From: Macrostomum lignano
Taxonomy: Eukaryota
Direction of reading: 5' to 3'
Length of the DNA: 64,000 nucleotides
Assembly (NCBI GenBank): GCA_002269645.1
Contig: NIVC01001566.1
Location: forward strand, 72,346-136,345
Of the stretch, positions 58,887 to 64,000 are shown piece by piece. The position numbers were made by a program, and so were the translations under genes. Every line of letters starts with the position of its first letter. The stretch's first letter is position 1. The notes beneath the pieces were generated by a model. It searched no databases. It worked only from the letters and a program-made list of their open reading frames with translations, and was not told where the DNA came from.

Positions 58887-60070
58887 GGCCCCGCCGAGGC
58901 CGGAGGCACTGTGTCATCCACAGCCGGTTGCAGAAGCCGGTTGCTAGAAGCCATTGGCTGGAAGTAAAAAGATGGAACTTTCTGCAGAACACAGGCAAAG
59001 AGCCGCAAGGTCGCAACCCCAAACCAAGCGGCAGGCCCCCAAAAAGCAAAATACCACCCTGCGGGGGGACCCAAAAGCGCAAGGGGAACCGTTAGCGACC
59101 AGACTACTCCCTGGCCAAGCGTCCATCAGCACGGAGTTACTCTGGGACATTAGAGGGTGCGTTTATATGGTCACACCAGGACCCGGCACCAACGAATCAG
59201 CTCTGCAAGGCCCAGGAAGGCCTGCCTTAACACCCACGGGACGAGTACCCTTCGAAGTGCGCCTTGCAAGGTGAAAATCAGGAGACAGAGTCTCTTGAGC
59301 TATCAGCCCGCCAGGGGAGGTAGGTGTGAGCATCGCTGGCCGTGATAGAGGCCATACCAGTCTCATACTGCACAGATAGTTCACCACGCCATTGCGTGCA
59401 GGACCCGGGTCCTGTGGGCAACAGCCTCGGCTTTTATTCATGTCGGATGTTAAATCCTAATAACTACAACTAGCTAAAGCTATTGAAAATAAAATATATT
59501 TAACAATTTTGTGAAATTTTTTGCTTTTACAAACATTTAACAGCAGTGACAAAACAAGCATTTGTTTTTTTGCTCATATTTGCCACATATTTAACTGCTG
59601 TTTGACTGAAAGATTCCTAGAATAGAAGTGAGCGTTATCAAATTTAGGACTAGCTAGTACAAGTAGCGATAATATAATCAACAGTATAGCCCTGCACCTT
59701 AATTATTAGTCATTTTAATAGAATCCTGTTTGCTTAGGCCGAAACATTTTGTTTCATGCAAAAGCATCAGGGGTCTCCATGGGTCCACCATTGTTATTGT
59801 ATATAATTGTTCCATACCTACTACTACTACTTTAGCTACTAGTAGTGGTAGTACTAGTACTAGGCTATAATATTGGGACCAGCAGCCTACCACAGGCCAC
59901 AGCTGCAGCTGGACAGCATAGCTTATCTAAGAAAATTATTTTGGCCATTTTACAAATATAGGCCCCTAGCCTAATGTACCAGTATATGAATAAAAGAATG
60001 AAACATGCCTATCATGGCCATGAATGGATTGTAGTCTTCATCAGTGGCAGATTTAGGGAAGAGGCGCACA

Positions 60071-60176
60071 GCACAGGGCACATGCCCCCATTGAATTAGA
60101 ATTTTTCTATGTATACAATAATGTATTTTTTATTAAAAAAGAAAAATTCTAATTCAATGGGGCATGTGCCCTGTGC
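60071..60176. repeat. Short foldback: about 35-bp inverted repeat around an AT-rich spacer
   Basis: GCACAGGGCACATGCCCCCATTGAATTAGAATTTTT ... AAAAATTCTAATTCAATGGGGCATGTGCCCTGTGC. Confidence 0.9.
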
Positions 60177-60413
60177 TCATACAATATCCCTACAACAATG
60201 TATGCAATAATGTATTTTTTATTAAAAAAAGAAAAATTCTAATTTAATGGGGGCATATATATATGTACTTTAATAATCTGTGTTTCCCATTTAAAATTTT
60301 CTGGATCTATATCTAGATTTCATATTAATTTCAAATCTCAAGCAAAGACCAGCAATCCTCTAGTTTTGTATGTTTAATTATTTTATGAAAAATAATGATA
60401 TTCTTAGCTATCA

Positions 60414-60700
60414 TACATGCGCAATAGTTGGCCAAGTCGGCAAATCCGGCTGACCAATTTGGCAGCCAATCAAAGAAGTTGCAAAAATGCCCACCCAAAA
60501 AAATACCAAAGTAATAGTACTAAGTAGCTGACGAGGCATTTTTACTTAATAAGTAAACTCCTAGTTACTCCTCCCATTTACCCAAAGTTGCATTAATTTT
60601 GCTTTTGGTTTTTTTACATGTAAATTGCATTTTTGGCCAAAAACTACGTCGCATTTTTGTTAAAACTAAGTCACATGGCCAACCAAATTTTTGTTAGTTA
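60414..60700. mobile_element. Second, uninterrupted and diverged copy of the 12660-13402 MITE-like repeat
   Basis: Shared blocks GGCTGACCAATTTG, GTTGCAAAAATGCCCACCCAAA, CATTTACCCAAAGTTG and GGCCAAAAACTAC. Confidence 0.8.
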
Positions 60701-61140
60701 TTGCAAGTTAAAATTTCTATCAATACTAATAGATATAGTCTAAACCTATTGTTATTATGCTAGGCTTAATTGACTAGGTTTTTTGGCTTGGCTATTTATT
60801 AGTATTAGTTATTAATTAATTAATTAATTAAAAGTTCTAATAAAATAGGTTAGCCTAGCTATAGTGCATTGAAAATTAAAAATGTCTTATTGATATATTA
60901 GGTTTTATCTAGATAATCTTAGTTGTAAAAAAATGTATTTTAAGTTTACTATTATTTATAGTAACTCTCCCTTTTATCCCTTTTATCCCTTTCTTCTCTC
61001 CCCTTTATCCCTTTCTACTCTCCCTTTATCCCTTTCTACTCTCAATTGAGATATCTCTACTTCTTGTCTTCTCATGCCATATTGGAGCAGTTGCTCACAA
61101 CAGCAGGCTCAGTGCAGCTGAGCAAGCTAGTCTCAGCGGG

Positions 61141-61410
61141 ATGTGCAGCAGAGAGGATGAGCCTCTGCGCATAGCCGGCAACCTGTGCCAACTGTGCTCA
61201 TTGGGCCTGCTCTGCTCCAGCCTGCGGCGATGCCCCGGCGCTCGCTCGGCCTTGGGACTGTCGGTTAATTCGCAGATTTTGCTGGCAGCGGCGCTGACTG
61301 CCCGCAGCAGTTGCTGCTGCTGCCACGGATGGCCAGCAGATGCTGCGGTAGTGGCGGCCAGTGCAGTGGAACTGCTGACTGTGATGCTCGTGTGGATGGT
61401 CGCTCTTCAG
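61141..61410 (+). CDS. Exon 1 of a divergent KDEL receptor (ERD2)-like gene
   Basis: LRIAGNLCQL...LGLSVNSQILLAAALTAR is collinear with KDELR FRFLGDLSHL...AGISGKSQVLFAVVFTAR. It ends CAG|GTTGGT in phase 0. Confidence 0.75.
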
Positions 61411-61459
61411 GTTGGTAGCGGAAATTAGCAATTAGAAAACGGTGTTTTTCGGTGAAAAC

Positions 61460-62582
61460 GACTGACTGACTGACTGACTGACTGACTGACTGACTGACTG
61501 ACTGACTGACTGACTGACTGACTGACTGACTGACTGACTGACTGACTGACTGACTGACTGACTGACTGACTGACTGACTGACTGACTGACTGACTGACTG
61601 ACTGACTGACTGACTGACTGACTGACTGACTGACTGACTGACTGACTGACTGACTGACTGACTGACTGACTGACTGACTGACTGACTGACTGACTGACTG
61701 ACTGACTGACTGACTGACTGACTGACTGACTGACTGACTGACTGACTGACTGACTGACTGACTGACTGACTGACTGACTGACTGACTGACTGACTGACTG
61801 ACTGACTGACTGACTGACTGACTGACTGACTGACTGACTGACTGACTGACTGACTGACTGACTGACTGACTGACTGACTGACTGACTGACTGACTGACTG
61901 ACTGACTGACTGACTGACTGACTGACTGACTGACTGACTGACTGACTGACTGACTGACTGACTGACTGACTGACTGACTGACTGACTGACTGACTGACTG
62001 ACTGACTGACTGACTGACTGACTGACTGACTGACTGACTGACTGACTGACTGACTGACTGACTGACTGACTGACTGACTGACTGACTGACTGACTGACTG
62101 ACTGACTGACTGACTGACTGACTGACTGACTGACTGACTGACTGACTGACTGACTGACTGACTGACTGACTGACTGACTGACTGACTGACTGACTGACTG
62201 ACTGACTGACTGACTGACTGACTGACTGACTGACTGACTGACTGACTGACTGACTGACTGACTGACTGACTGACTGACTGACTGACTGACTGACTGACTG
62301 ACTGACTGACTGACTGACTGACTGACTGACTGACTGACTGACTGACTGACTGACTGACTGACTGACTGACTGACTGACTGACTGACTGACTGACTGACTG
62401 ACTGACTGACTGACTGACTGACTGACTGACTGACTGACTGACTGACTGACTGACTGACTGACTGACTGACTGACTGACTGACTGACTGACTGACTGACTG
62501 ACTGACTGACTGACTGACTGACTGACTGACTGACTGACTGACTGACTGACTGACTGACTGACTGCTGACTGACTGACTGACT
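61460..62582. repeat. Near-perfect (ACTG)n microsatellite, about 280 units, in the KDELR-like intron
   Basis: One interruption near 62564. It fills most of intron 61411-62617. Confidence 0.99.
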
Positions 62583-62617
62583 GGACTAACCGTACTGTAC
62601 TCAACCGATCTCTCCAG

Positions 62618-63151
62618 GTGATCTCCCAGCAGCGCGCCATCGCGGCTGCCTCCGGCCCGCTGCTGTTGAGGCAGTTCGCCTCGGCCCTCCTAGCCGTACC
62701 GTCGGCCGGCCTGGCCGCGTTGGCCTGTCGCGAGTTCACCCCGGCTGAGCTGTTGCGCTCCTTCGGCGTCTACCTTGAATCGCTGGCGCTGCTGCCGCAG
62801 CTGTTCCTCTACTCTGCCCAGACTGAGGACTCTGAAGCTGCGGCCTCCAGTTCGCGTCTGCTCAGCGTGCTCAGGCCGCGCTACCTGCTGGCTTTGCTGG
62901 CTTACCGCGCCTGTCACGGTGCGCACTCGCTGATGGAGCTGCGCCGGCTGTTCGGCGGATCCCCCCACAGCGCGCCAATCGGCATCGCCCTGCCAGACAG
63001 TCTGGAGGCTGCGGCCGGCTGCTTGCAGACCCTGCTGCTGCTGGACTTTGCCGGGTTTATTATCGGGCTGATAGGCGGTGAGGGCGGCTGCCGCTGCCTC
63101 GCATCGAAGCTGCGCGTAGTGGGATTTGAGATGATTGGGATATGGGATTGA
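62618..63151 (+). CDS. Exon 2 of the divergent KDEL receptor-like gene
   Basis: Branch point GACTAAC at about 62584, acceptor CTCCAG|GTG in phase 0. FTPAELLRSFGVYLESLALLPQLF, YLLALLAYR and GCLQTLLLLDF match the ERD2 family. Confidence 0.8.
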   Translation: MISQQRAIAAASGPLLLRQFASALLAVPSAGLAALACREFTPAELLRSFGVYLESLALLPQLFLYSAQTEDSEAAASSSRLLSVLRPRYLLALLAYRACHGAHSLMELRRLFGGSPHSAPIGIALPDSLEAAAGCLQTLLLLDFAGFIIGLIGGEGGCRCLASKLRVVGFEMIGIWD

Positions 63152-63555
63152 GAGGGGGATGTGGGATTTGAGAGTGGGATATGGGATTTGATAGTATGAT
63201 GTGGGATATGAGAGTGGGATATGGGATTTGAGAGTGGGATATGGGATTTATGATTGGATATGGGATTTATAATTGAGATATGGATTTGATAGTGGGATGT
63301 GGGATTTGAGAGTGGGATGTGGGATTTGAGAGTGGGATATGGGATTTGAGATTGAGATTTGGTATTGGGATAATGGGATTTGAGAGTGGGATGTGGGATT
63401 TGAGAGTGGGATGTGGATTTGAGAGTGGGATATGGGATTTGAGATTGAGATTTGGTATTGGGATAATGGGATTGAGAGTGGGATATGGGATTTAAGATTG
63501 GGATATGGAATTGTAGAGTGGGATATGCGATTTCAAATTGGAATATGAAATCCAT
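63120..63555. repeat. Degenerate ~20-bp G-rich tandem repeat
   Basis: GGGATTTGAGAGTGGGAT(A/G)T variants. Confidence 0.9.
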
Positions 63556-64000
63556 GTTTTTGTGTATGATTAATTTCTGAAATTAATATCTGGTTCAATC
63601 TGTGATTATATTAGAATATGTTAGTTAGGTCTTGTGCTTTAAGATCTTCATGCAAGATTAAAGCAAAATCAAGGCATTTGTATATTTGATGTCTATTTAA
63701 CTTTCTTTTTATTGCCACTATATAGTGTAAGGCTGTTTAATGTATTTTCATGTTCCATTTTGCTAGGTTGAAATCATCTGAATAAATCAGTTTTTGTTTA
63801 TCTTTTAACTATCGTACTTATAGCTGTGGATTTCAATATTCTTTTTCGATTTATTGCCAGCGAATCTCTTAATTTGCTTTTTTGATTAATGTTTTTGTCT
63901 CTAGCACAGGAAATTCGCAGAGCGTCATCATTCGTTTAACTGATTGATCCTTTTATTAGTATTCGAGTTTGTGTTGCTTTCTATGAATATTATTATTACA

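Larger units (their letters stand above)
55774..59431 (-). mobile_element. Non-LTR retrotransposon with RNase H (Loa/Lian-like, I group), both ends present, RT domain deleted
   Basis: 13-bp target-site duplication TTTTATTCATGTC (55761-55773, 59432-59444). ORF1, start of the APE endonuclease, RNase H and a C-terminal CCHC are present. Confidence 0.9.

Noticed and set aside
59100-59431. HDV-like ribozyme in the LINE 5' UTR
   Set aside because: Only a 5-bp P1 candidate (GCCAG/CTGGC) was found, with no compatible P3/L3. Not supported without a covariance search.
61432-62739. 435-aa SQSV-repeat ORF
   Set aside because: Translation of the (ACTG)n microsatellite on the antisense strand of an intron.
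62914-63555. 213-aa SHIP-repeat ORF
   Set aside because: Antisense translation of the 20-bp repeat, overlapping the KDELR-like exon.

Overview
Eukaryotic, animal-type genomic DNA. Evidence: spliceosomal introns, TTAGGG tracts and housekeeping genes. GC-rich exons in AT-rich spacers plus (ACTG)n tracts suggest a free-living flatworm such as Macrostomum, which is an unverified inference. Host genes: RRP9/U3-55K, SEC61B, a divergent two-exon KDEL-receptor-like gene and a small MGxCCC protein. Most of the window is mobile DNA: a young Ty3/gypsy element, a solo LTR nested in a MITE, a ~21 kb head-to-tail array of non-autonomous Helitron-like units with a 23-bp satellite expansion, a decayed intron-bearing Crypton-type tyrosine recombinase, an RTE-like LINE, a mariner, and an RT-less LINE that keeps its RNase H. 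The most notable feature is a 7,965-bp TIR element (44389-52353) with 36-bp perfect TIRs, a TAA target duplication and mirrored 50-bp subterminal arrays. It shows no recognisable transposase but carries three + strand ORFs: a mini CtIP/Sae2-like protein that has lost the CDK site, a BEN-domain-like protein, and an acidic-repeat protein. The first two share a C-x2-C-x-A-L-x-H-E-x3-L-R motif. No CRISPR, rRNA or tRNA genes were found. All protein-family calls are recognised by eye, not by database search. Single-base frameshifts could be sequencing errors.
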